NCBI GenBank assembly: GCA_049472315.1
Contig: JBLIRN010000014.1
Span: 5,820-69,819 of the forward strand
Source of the DNA: a bacterium
Lineage (GTDB): Bacteria > SZUA-182 > DTGQ01 > JAFGSM01
DNA: 64,000 nt
Direction: 5' to 3'
Part shown: in pieces, positions 36,558 to 44,281 of the stretch
Position numbering within the stretch: position 1 is the stretch's first letter
How the letters are laid out: each line of letters opens with the position of its first letter
Notes under the pieces: model-generated
What the model saw: only the letters and a program-made list of their open reading frames with translations
Told to the model about the DNA's origin: nothing
Database searches by the model: none
Position numbers and translations under genes: made by a program

Positions 36558-38309
36558 ATGCCTTCCTCATTGGATATCCTGATCATCGATGATGAGATCT
36601 ATCAGTGCGAAACCCTTAAAGATCTTCTGGAGGACGAAGGGTATACGGTGGCCACCGCCACGGATGGAAATACGGGGCTTGAATTTCTGGACGGGAACCG
36701 GTGCCTGGTAGCGATCATCGATATCATGCTCCCTGATACCAGCGGCCTCGATATTCTCAAGATCATCAAATATAAAGGGATCGATTGCCTTCCCATCATG
36801 CTGACCGCCTTTGCAACCTTGGAAACCAGCATCAATGCCCTTAACGAGGGTGCCTACGCTTACATCGTCAAGCCCTACAAGGTCGACGAGGTGAAGGCCA
36901 CGGTGCGCAACGCCATAGAAAAGCAACGGCTCGCCCATGAAAACAGGGAATTGCTCCAGAACCTCAAAAAGGCCAATAAGAACCTGACCAGGGTGACCAA
37001 GGAACTCGAGGAGCTCAACCGGGACCTCGAGGACAAGGTCTTTGAACGCACCCGGGAGTTGGCCGAGGCAAAGGACAAGATGGCAAAGATCATGTCGAGC
37101 ATTGCCGAAGGAATCATCTCACTGGACAAGGAATTTCACATCACCTCCTACAACAGGGCAGCCGAGCAGATTACCGGGTACCAGGCAGAGGAGGTACTGG
37201 GCAAATTCTGCTGGGATGTCTTCAAAGACGCCGATTGTGAGAATTGCCTGAAGGCTGTGATCTCGTTGAACCGGCCGGTGGTCAATCTCGAAAAGATCAT
37301 CCATACCAAGAATCGCGGCCCCATTGCCATTCTCGCGAGCATCGACGTGCTCAAGGACGAAGAGGGAAACATCATCGGCGGGGTCAAGACCTTTCGCGAC
37401 ATCTCCATGCTCAAACTCATGCAGGAGGAATTAAAGGAGACCAACCGCGAACTCCTGTCGAACCAGAAGGCGCTCAAGAAGGCCTATTGGGAGTTGGAGA
37501 AATCAAAGGAAAAGCTGAGCGAGTGGGCCCAGGAACTGGACCGCAAGGTCCAGTTGCGCACAAGGGAACTCGAGGAGGCAAACGAGAAGCTCAGGCAGGC
37601 AAACATCCGGCTGACCGAGCTCGATCGCCTGAAGTCCAGGTTCCTTGCCACGGTGAGCCATGAGATCAAAACCCCGCTTACCTCCATCATCGGGTACACC
37701 AACCTGCTGACCGCCCAGGACAACCAGCGGCTTGCCAAGAAACAGATCGACAGCCTCAACCGCATCAAGCGCAACAGCAGCATACTCCAGGACCTCATCG
37801 AACAACTTCTCGACCTGTCAAAGATCGAATCGGGCAAGATCGAGGTACACATGGAAACGGTCCATCTGAATGAGGTGATCGACGAGGTCATATATATCAC
37901 CGAGCAGATCATCAATCAGAAGGGGATCACGGTCACGACCATCGTGCCCGACAATCTCCCGTGCATACGTTCGGACCGCAGCAAGGTGAAACAGATCCTT
38001 CTCAATCTCCTTACCAACGCCGTTAAGTACACGGAACGAAAGCACGCCGAGATCGTCATCCGGGTGAATCAGGAGCCCAAACGACTCGTTGTCTCCGTCC
38101 AGGACCAGGGGATCGGTATCGCCCCCGAGGACCAAAAGGTCATCTTCGATCCCTTCCGGCAGGCGGACAGCATCATCTATCGAAAATACGGGGGTACGGG
38201 ACTCGGATTGAGCATCGTGAAGGAATTCGTGAAGCTTCATGGCGGAGAGATATGGGTGGAGAGTGAGTCCGGCAAGGGGTCCACGTTCTCCTTTTCCCTG
38301 CCCTTGTAA
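36558..38309 (+). CDS. Hybrid REC-PAS-histidine kinase (second)
   Basis: ATG 36558 follows the previous stop. REC (ILIIDDEIYQ; AIIDIMLPDTSG), PAS, H-box VSHEIKTPLT and HATPase (GGTGLGLSIV). Confidence 0.85.
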   Translation: MPSSLDILIIDDEIYQCETLKDLLEDEGYTVATATDGNTGLEFLDGNRCLVAIIDIMLPDTSGLDILKIIKYKGIDCLPIMLTAFATLETSINALNEGAYAYIVKPYKVDEVKATVRNAIEKQRLAHENRELLQNLKKANKNLTRVTKELEELNRDLEDKVFERTRELAEAKDKMAKIMSSIAEGIISLDKEFHITSYNRAAEQITGYQAEEVLGKFCWDVFKDADCENCLKAVISLNRPVVNLEKIIHTKNRGPIAILASIDVLKDEEGNIIGGVKTFRDISMLKLMQEELKETNRELLSNQKALKKAYWELEKSKEKLSEWAQELDRKVQLRTRELEEANEKLRQANIRLTELDRLKSRFLATVSHEIKTPLTSIIGYTNLLTAQDNQRLAKKQIDSLNRIKRNSSILQDLIEQLLDLSKIESGKIEVHMETVHLNEVIDEVIYITEQIINQKGITVTTIVPDNLPCIRSDRSKVKQILLNLLTNAVKYTERKHAEIVIRVNQEPKRLVVSVQDQGIGIAPEDQKVIFDPFRQADSIIYRKYGGTGLGLSIVKEFVKLHGGEIWVESESGKGSTFSFSLPL

Positions 38310-38325
38310 TGGAGGAAACCTGATC

Positions 38326-38550
38326 ATGCAGCGATTAAAGGGTATTCACCTTACCATAGAAAAGGACTGGTGCAAGGGGTGCGAGTTGTGCATCGAGGCC
38401 TGCCCGCATCACCTCCTCAGCCTGAGCGAGGACCTGAATGCGTCCGGGTTCCACTATGCCGTGCTCACAGACCCGGAAGAGTGCACCGGTTGCGCCTCGT
38501 GTGCACTGATGTGTCCCGACCTCGCCATACAGATCCGCATGCTGGAATGA
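38326..38550 (+). CDS. korD: 4Fe-4S dicluster ferredoxin, 2-oxoacid:ferredoxin oxidoreductase delta subunit
   Basis: RBS GGAGGAA precedes ATG 38326. Two CxxCxxCxxxCP motifs (CKGCELCIEACP; CTGCASCALMCP). Sits directly upstream of korABC. Confidence 0.85.
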   Translation: MQRLKGIHLTIEKDWCKGCELCIEACPHHLLSLSEDLNASGFHYAVLTDPEECTGCASCALMCPDLAIQIRMLE

Positions 38551-38611
38551 CGCATGCCTGACCGCTATAGACCAATAAAAATGCAATTGCTCGATGGTCT
38601 TTGTCGCATCT

Positions 38612-38639
38612 TTACGAATGAAGGATATGTGCTATAATG
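38612..38639 (+). promoter_or_regulatory. Candidate sigma70 promoter with extended -10 (TTACGA-N16-TGcTATAAT) upstream of korA
   Basis: Hexamers read from the sequence. The -10 element TATAAT sits at 38634-38639 and is preceded by TGc. Confidence 0.3.
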
Positions 38640-38669
38640 AATACGTTTTTTTGACGAGGCATGTGAACT

Positions 38670-39752
38670 ATGAACAAAAAAAGGGGATCGAAGACAACAC
38701 GGATACTGATGAAGGGGAATGAGGCGGTATGCGAGGGTGCCGTTCAGGCCGGGTGCCGGTGCTATTTCGGGTACCCCATCACCCCCCAGAATGAAATCCC
38801 CGCGTACATGTCATGGCGGATGCCCCAGACCGGAAATGTCTTCCTGCAGGCCGAAAGCGAGCTTGCCGCCATTAACATGGTATTCGGAGCATCCGCGGTA
38901 GGAGTGCGCGCCATGACCTCCTCCTCGAGCCCAGGGATCAGCCTCAAGCAGGAGGGTATCTCCTACCTGGCAGGGGCGGAACTGCCGGCGGTGATCGTGA
39001 ACATCATGCGGGGGGGGCCCGGCCTCGGAAACATTGCAGGCTCCCAGGGGGACTATTTCCAGGCCACCAGGGGCGGGGGCCACGGGGACTACCGCACCAT
39101 ATGCCTCGCCCCCGGCTCCGTACAGGAGATGATGGACTTTACCCGGGAGGCGTTCGATCTTGCCGACCGTTACCGGACCCCCACGCTGGTGCTCGGCGAC
39201 GGGATCCTGGGGCAGATGATGGAACCGATCGACTACCCGGAGGAGGCGCCCCCTCCTCCCCTGCCCGAGAAGGATTGGGCCCTCACCGGGGCGCAGGGAA
39301 GGCCCCCCAGGGTGATCAAGAGTCTCTTTATGGGTGAGGGGGAGCTTGAGGAGCGCAACTGGATGCTGTTTCGGAAATACCAGCAGATAGAGGAGGAACT
39401 GCCCCGGTATGAATCCTTCATGACCGAGGATGCGGAGCTGTGCATCGTGGCCTTCGGCACTGCAGCGCGCGTTGCGCGTTCCGTGGTGTACATGGCACGG
39501 GATGAAGGGCTCCCGGTGGGCCTCCTGAGACCCATAACGCTCTATCCTTTTCCGAATAAGGCCCTCCTCCGGCTGGTACAAGGCAACGAAGGCCATATCC
39601 GATTTCTTGCGCTGGAGCTCAATCTCGGACAGATGATCGAGGACTGCCGTCTGGCGGTCAACGGGCTCGCCGAGGTCTCCTTCTACGGAAGGCCGGCGGG
39701 GAGCATCTTCGACCCGGAGGAGGTTCTGAAGGTGGTGAAGCGTCATTTCTAA
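38670..39752 (+). CDS. korA: 2-oxoacid:ferredoxin oxidoreductase alpha subunit
   Basis: 360 aa with POR/KOR alpha-subunit motifs (GNEAVCEGAVQAGCRCYFGYPITPQNEI; INMVFGASAVGVRAMTSSSSPGISL). Confidence 0.9.
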   Translation: MNKKRGSKTTRILMKGNEAVCEGAVQAGCRCYFGYPITPQNEIPAYMSWRMPQTGNVFLQAESELAAINMVFGASAVGVRAMTSSSSPGISLKQEGISYLAGAELPAVIVNIMRGGPGLGNIAGSQGDYFQATRGGGHGDYRTICLAPGSVQEMMDFTREAFDLADRYRTPTLVLGDGILGQMMEPIDYPEEAPPPPLPEKDWALTGAQGRPPRVIKSLFMGEGELEERNWMLFRKYQQIEEELPRYESFMTEDAELCIVAFGTAARVARSVVYMARDEGLPVGLLRPITLYPFPNKALLRLVQGNEGHIRFLALELNLGQMIEDCRLAVNGLAEVSFYGRPAGSIFDPEEVLKVVKRHF

Positions 39753-39762
39753 TCACAGCGCA

Positions 39763-40530
39763 GTGAACACATCCCGTGCCATATTCGTGAGGCCGGCCGC
39801 ACTCAAGCCGGTTCCCTTCCGTTTCTGTCCCGGCTGTCACCACGGCATCATTCACCGCCTAGTGGCTGAGGCAATCGACCATTTCAATATCCTGGACAGG
39901 ACCATCGGGATCGCCCCGGTGGGATGCGCCGTTTTCGCCTACGATTATTTTGCCTGCGACGTGCTGGAGGTAGCCCACGGACGTCCGCCTGCTGCATGCA
40001 CCGGCATCAAGCGAGCCCGTCCCGACCTTGTTGTGTTCAGCTACCAGGGGGACGGGGACCTTGCCTCCATCGGTACCGCAGAAATCGTGCATGCGGCGAA
40101 CCGGGGTGAAAACGTTACCTTCATCTTTGTCAATAACGCCGTTTACGGCATGACCGGAGGACAGATGGCCCCCACCACCCTCCCCGGTCAGAAGACCAAG
40201 ACAACCCCCTTCGGACGGAAGGCCTCCACGGATGGATATCCGCTCAGGGTCTGCGAGATGCTCGCCACCCTGGAGGGGACCACCTACATCGAGCGGGTGG
40301 CAGTGAACACCCCCGCCAGGATTCGAAAGGCTGCACAAGCCATCAGAAAGGCCTTCCAGGTCCAGCTCGAACACAAGGGATTCAGTCTCGTGGAGGTCCT
40401 CGCCACATGCCCCACCAACTGGGGGATGTCTCCTGTAGAGGCAAACCGCTGGATCACTGAGTGCATGCACAAGGTCTTCCCCTTGGGGGTGTTCAAGGAC
40501 GTTTCCCGTGAAGGGGGATGTGATTCATGA
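39763..40530 (+). CDS. korB: 2-oxoacid:ferredoxin oxidoreductase beta subunit (TPP-binding)
   Basis: TPP-binding GDG motif region (FSYQGDGDLASIGTAE...FIFVNNAVYGMTGGQ). Confidence 0.9.
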   Translation: MNTSRAIFVRPAALKPVPFRFCPGCHHGIIHRLVAEAIDHFNILDRTIGIAPVGCAVFAYDYFACDVLEVAHGRPPAACTGIKRARPDLVVFSYQGDGDLASIGTAEIVHAANRGENVTFIFVNNAVYGMTGGQMAPTTLPGQKTKTTPFGRKASTDGYPLRVCEMLATLEGTTYIERVAVNTPARIRKAAQAIRKAFQVQLEHKGFSLVEVLATCPTNWGMSPVEANRWITECMHKVFPLGVFKDVSREGGCDS

Positions 40531-41075
40531 ACCAAGAGGTGATCATGGCCGGATTCGGCGGACAGGGCATCATGGTTATGGGGAAGCTCCTCGCCATGGC
40601 CGGCATGCTCGACAACAGGGAGGTGACCTGGTTTCCCTCCTATGGTGCTGAAATGCGGGGCGGCACCGCAAACTGCACCGTGATTATCGCCGATCAGGCC
40701 ATCGGCTCGCCTATCGTGGCCCGTCCGTGGGCATGCATTGCCATGAACCAACCATCCATGGAGCGTTTTGCCCCCCGGGTAAAACCCGGCGGATTTCTCC
40801 TGGCGAATTCCTCCCTGATCACCTGCAATTCCCTTCGGGAGGACATCGAGGTGCTGGCCATCCCCATTACGGACCAGGCGGACCGGCTCGGCTCCATCAA
40901 GGTGGCGAACATCATCGCCCTCTCCGCCTTTTGCACCAGGACCGGAATCGTCTCCCCGGACAGCCTGGAGCGGGTGATGGAGGAATCCTTTGCCGGGAAA
41001 GGGGATTCCGCCCTCATGGAGATCAATCGCGCGGCAATCCGGGCAGGCCGTGAAATGGCCCTGTGTATCCCATGA
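40527..41075 (+). CDS. korC: 2-oxoacid:ferredoxin oxidoreductase gamma subunit
   Basis: 182 aa with the POR/KOR gamma motif IMAGFGGQGIMVMGKLLA. Overlaps the korB stop. Confidence 0.85.
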   Translation: MNQEVIMAGFGGQGIMVMGKLLAMAGMLDNREVTWFPSYGAEMRGGTANCTVIIADQAIGSPIVARPWACIAMNQPSMERFAPRVKPGGFLLANSSLITCNSLREDIEVLAIPITDQADRLGSIKVANIIALSAFCTRTGIVSPDSLERVMEESFAGKGDSALMEINRAAIRAGREMALCIP

Positions 41076-41545
41076 TCAGAAAGGCTCGTATCCGGGATGC
41101 CCATGTCATACGGAATCTTATCAACGAGTATGCCCATCGGGGACTTTTGCTCCCCCTTTCGCTCTCAGAGATCTACGACCGCATAAGGGACTTTTTCGTA
41201 TACCAGGAAGAGACGGGAGATGGGGCTCTTGCCATCCTTGGCATCTGCGCATTGCATATCATATGGGAAGATCTGGCGGAGATCCGTTCGCTTGCTGTTA
41301 CCGAAAATCACTGGAAGCAGGGGATCGGCTCGCGGCTCGTACAGGCCTGCCTCAAGGAGGCTACTGACCTGGAGGTGAAAAAGATCTTCTGTCTCACCTA
41401 CAAAAGGGAATTCTTTTCCTCGCAGGGATTCACGGAGATCGACAAATCCCAGCTTCCTCACAAGATATGGTCCGATTGCCTCAAGTGCTCCAAATTCCCC
41501 GAATGCGAGGAAATCGCCATGATGTACGAGATACCCCGCCGATAG
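41063..41545 (+). CDS. GNAT family N-acetyltransferase (short ArgA/N-acetylglutamate-synthase-like)
   Basis: 160 aa. The N-terminus (IRKARIRDAHVIRNLINEYAHRGLLLPLSLSEIYDRIRDFFVY) resembles single-domain ArgA-like NAGS. CoA-binding motif QGIGSRLV. Overlaps the korC end. Confidence 0.65.
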   Translation: MYPMIRKARIRDAHVIRNLINEYAHRGLLLPLSLSEIYDRIRDFFVYQEETGDGALAILGICALHIIWEDLAEIRSLAVTENHWKQGIGSRLVQACLKEATDLEVKKIFCLTYKREFFSSQGFTEIDKSQLPHKIWSDCLKCSKFPECEEIAMMYEIPRR

Positions 41546-41711
41546 GGCCGCGGCCGATCATCAAATTTCACATCGTTTAATGTAAGTACCTTATATCCAA
41601 TACCATATGGAGGTGGTAAAAAATAATATATTATCCCGCAGCAGACAGCGGGCATCCACAATCATAAAATTTAAGTATTTGATATTTATAATCGAATATA
41701 TAATGTTTTTT

Positions 41712-41741
41712 TTGACACGCATGTGCCGTGCCTGCTATACT
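41712..41741 (+). promoter_or_regulatory. Near-consensus sigma70 promoter (TTGACA-N18-TATACT) about 150 bp upstream of the first minor-pilin operon
   Basis: TTGACA at 41712-41717 and TATACT at 41736-41741, within a roughly 320-bp AT-rich intergenic region. Confidence 0.45.
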
Positions 41742-41894
41742 TATATTGAGTAGTGTTCACGGCATCCGGCGCGCATGACGTTGTCTGTTGTGCGCCCCCA
41801 TCAATCGATTCCGCACCTTTTTGACCGATGCGCAGGTGAACCCATCTTCGTTTATACCCCTTGAGCATTGCTGGTCTGTTCGGAAAGGAAGAAT

Positions 41895-42473
41895 ATGCGC
41901 CCTGCGTTTATTGCACGTGGGACGGTCGAGTCACGCGTGCGGCCCACGGGATTCACCCTTGTCGAGATGGGCATCGTACTGGCCACCATCAGCATCATGT
42001 CCGCCATTGCATTCCCGAATATCAGTTCCATGATGGCCAATTACCGCTTGAAGGCCGCGGCCAGGGATGTGATGTCACACCTTCAGCGGGCAAAGATGGT
42101 GGCGGTGAAAAACAATTCCCTCTGTACCCTCACCTTCAACCAGCACGTGGAAGGTGTCCCTTACGATTACGTGGTGTATGAGGATGATGACCGGGATTAC
42201 GAGTATGACGCGGGCGAAAGGATCCTCGCGTCGGTGAAGTTTTCGGATTATAAGAGCGGTGTCGGACTCGATCACTCAAAGGGAGGGGGTGACGGGGTGA
42301 CCTTTGCCGAAAACGATGCAGGCCGGCCTTCCATAGCATTCAATTCGCGGGGGCTCCCGGTGAGCCCTGGGGGTGTTGCGGGCATGGGCATGGGCTCCGT
42401 GTACCTCGTCAATAACCGCGAGACAAAGAAATGGATCAGTGTGCACAAGGCGGGAAGGATACGAATTCAATAA
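41895..42473 (+). CDS. fimT: Type IV pilus minor pilin, FimT/GspH family (set 1)
   Basis: RBS AAGGAAG. Prepilin motif G|FTLVEMGIVLATISIM and GspH-like region ANYRLKAAARDVMSHLQRAKMVAVKNN. Confidence 0.8.
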   Translation: MRPAFIARGTVESRVRPTGFTLVEMGIVLATISIMSAIAFPNISSMMANYRLKAAARDVMSHLQRAKMVAVKNNSLCTLTFNQHVEGVPYDYVVYEDDDRDYEYDAGERILASVKFSDYKSGVGLDHSKGGGDGVTFAENDAGRPSIAFNSRGLPVSPGGVAGMGMGSVYLVNNRETKKWISVHKAGRIRIQ

Positions 42474-43315
42474 TGTGTCAGGTAAAACGGTCAGCGAAGG
42501 GCATTGCCCCCGGGAAGGACGCCAACCGGCTTGCAGGCGGATTCACCCTGGTGGAGCTCCTCCTTGCCCTGTTCATAAGCGCGGTCATGGCGGCAGCCAT
42601 CTTCAACTTCTTCATCGCCCAGAACAAGTCGTACTCCGTGCAGGACCAGGTTGCGGAGATGCAACAGAATATGCGCGCAGCCATCAACCTCATGGTAAAG
42701 GAGATCAGGATGGCCGGCTACGATCCAACAGGCGAGGCAGGGGCGGGAATAGTCGCAGCCGAATCCCGCAGCATCACCTTTACCCTGGACCTGGATGGAG
42801 ACAAGGGGCTCACGGATTATAACGAGTACATAACCTATGGACTCTATACCCCGGCTGACCGCATACAAAAGCTGGGCAGAAAGGCTACCCAGAATGAGAA
42901 CTTCGCGCCGGTTGCCGAACACGTGGAGTCCCTTGGATTCGCCTATGCCTTTGACAGCAACGGGGATGGCATCCTGGACAGGGATGGCCCCCATGTGATC
43001 TGGGCGATCGACAAGGACGGCACCTGGTACGACCTGGATACCGACGACGACGGTGACATCGACGATGACGACTCCATCCCCGCCGGTGAGGATACCGGGA
43101 TTGCTGTGGACCTGGATGACATCAGGGCGGTGCGTATATGGCTCCTCGTCGAATCGAGCAAACCTGATGAGGCGTATGCCAATCGCAAGACCTATGTGGT
43201 GGGAAGCAGGGTGATTCGCCCGGCAGGTGACGCCGATACCGGAAACGACTTCCGGCGCATGCGGATCGTAGAGACCGTGGTCCGCTTGAGAAACATGGCG
43301 ATCAGGGAGGGATGA
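42473..43315 (+). CDS. pilW: Type IV pilus minor pilin PilW-like (set 1)
   Basis: Prepilin motif GG|FTLVELLLALFISAVMAAAIFNFF. Size and the SYSVQDQVAEMQQNMR region are typical of PilW. Start codon overlaps the fimT stop. Confidence 0.75.
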   Translation: MCQVKRSAKGIAPGKDANRLAGGFTLVELLLALFISAVMAAAIFNFFIAQNKSYSVQDQVAEMQQNMRAAINLMVKEIRMAGYDPTGEAGAGIVAAESRSITFTLDLDGDKGLTDYNEYITYGLYTPADRIQKLGRKATQNENFAPVAEHVESLGFAYAFDSNGDGILDRDGPHVIWAIDKDGTWYDLDTDDDGDIDDDDSIPAGEDTGIAVDLDDIRAVRIWLLVESSKPDEAYANRKTYVVGSRVIRPAGDADTGNDFRRMRIVETVVRLRNMAIREG

Positions 43316-43770
43316 CCATGTCGTCGGATATACGTGAATCGAGACTCCAGCAGGGATTCAGCCTGCTCGAGGTGCTCATTTCCATTGGCATCTTTGCCAT
43401 CGGAATCCTCGGGGCGAGCGTCCTGCTCATCAATACCATCAAGGGCAATGCCGTGTCCATACGCCTGAGCACTGCAACACAGCTTGCCTCCAAACAGATG
43501 GAGGAGATCATGCTCATAGACTATGCCTCCCTCATGGACCATGACGGCGACGGCCTCGCAGGGCTTGATGATACAGACGCCTCCACCGCTGACGGCATAC
43601 GCCTGAACCTAAAGGGAGGGGGGGTGGGCGAGCGCTACAACCTTTACTGGAATGTGGCGGAGAACGCGCCGGTAGCCGGGACCAAGACTGTTCGGGTCAT
43701 TGTGGCCTGGCATGGCGGCACTCGGGACAAACGCGTTGCATTCGACATGGTGAGAACCAGGGGGGAATGA
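43312..43770 (+). CDS. pilV: Type IV pilus minor pilin PilV-like (set 1)
   Basis: QQG|FSLLEVLISIGIFAIGILG is the PilV-type N-terminus. About 150 aa. Confidence 0.8.
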   Translation: MTMSSDIRESRLQQGFSLLEVLISIGIFAIGILGASVLLINTIKGNAVSIRLSTATQLASKQMEEIMLIDYASLMDHDGDGLAGLDDTDASTADGIRLNLKGGGVGERYNLYWNVAENAPVAGTKTVRVIVAWHGGTRDKRVAFDMVRTRGE

Positions 43771-43771
43771 T

Positions 43772-44266
43772 ATGAAGGCACTATTCGATATACTCCACCG
43801 CGAGGAGGGCACTGCATTTCTCATCGCGATGCTGGTCCTTATGCTCCTTACCCTCATGGGCACCTTTGCCATCATGACCACCGATATCGAAATCCAGATT
43901 GCAGGGAACGAAAAGGAGTACATGAGGGACTTCTATGTAACCGACAGCGGCTGGAAGGAGGCCGCCCCCTGGCTCAACAACCGGGCCACCCCACCCCGGC
44001 CGGTGAACACCTCCCTGGAGGATAACGTGGTCAAGAATTTCGGCGGAGGAGGAGACGGGGTCACCAACGAGGACTTCCCTCCCGGCACCCAGGACGGGAC
44101 CCTTGCCGGGATCCCCTACTGGAACAGGATCGAATACCTCTCCAACAGCGTGATGCCCGGAAGCGGCAAGGAATACCTGAGGTTCAACTACCGGGTGACG
44201 AGCAATGCCGGGGGCAATCAGGAAATCGACGTAACCCTCTATAAGATTTACAAGGTGGGGTATTAA
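43772..44266 (+). CDS. pilX: PilX-like minor pilin (PilX_N domain) (set 1)
   Basis: EEGTAFLIAMLVLMLLTLMGTFAIMTTDIEIQIAGNEKEYMRDFYVTDSG matches the PilX N-terminal domain pattern. Confidence 0.75.
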   Translation: MKALFDILHREEGTAFLIAMLVLMLLTLMGTFAIMTTDIEIQIAGNEKEYMRDFYVTDSGWKEAAPWLNNRATPPRPVNTSLEDNVVKNFGGGGDGVTNEDFPPGTQDGTLAGIPYWNRIEYLSNSVMPGSGKEYLRFNYRVTSNAGGNQEIDVTLYKIYKVGY

Positions 44267-44281
44267 TCCCGTGATGAGAGA

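Noticed and set aside
38641-38670. Shared motif TTTTTTGAC-N3-GCATGTG, found just before the korA start (38645-38667) and in the pilin-operon leader (41708-41728).
   Set aside because: Only two occurrences, at very different distances from their start codons (14 nt versus about 170 nt). It is likely coincidence, and I cannot test significance without a genome-wide count.
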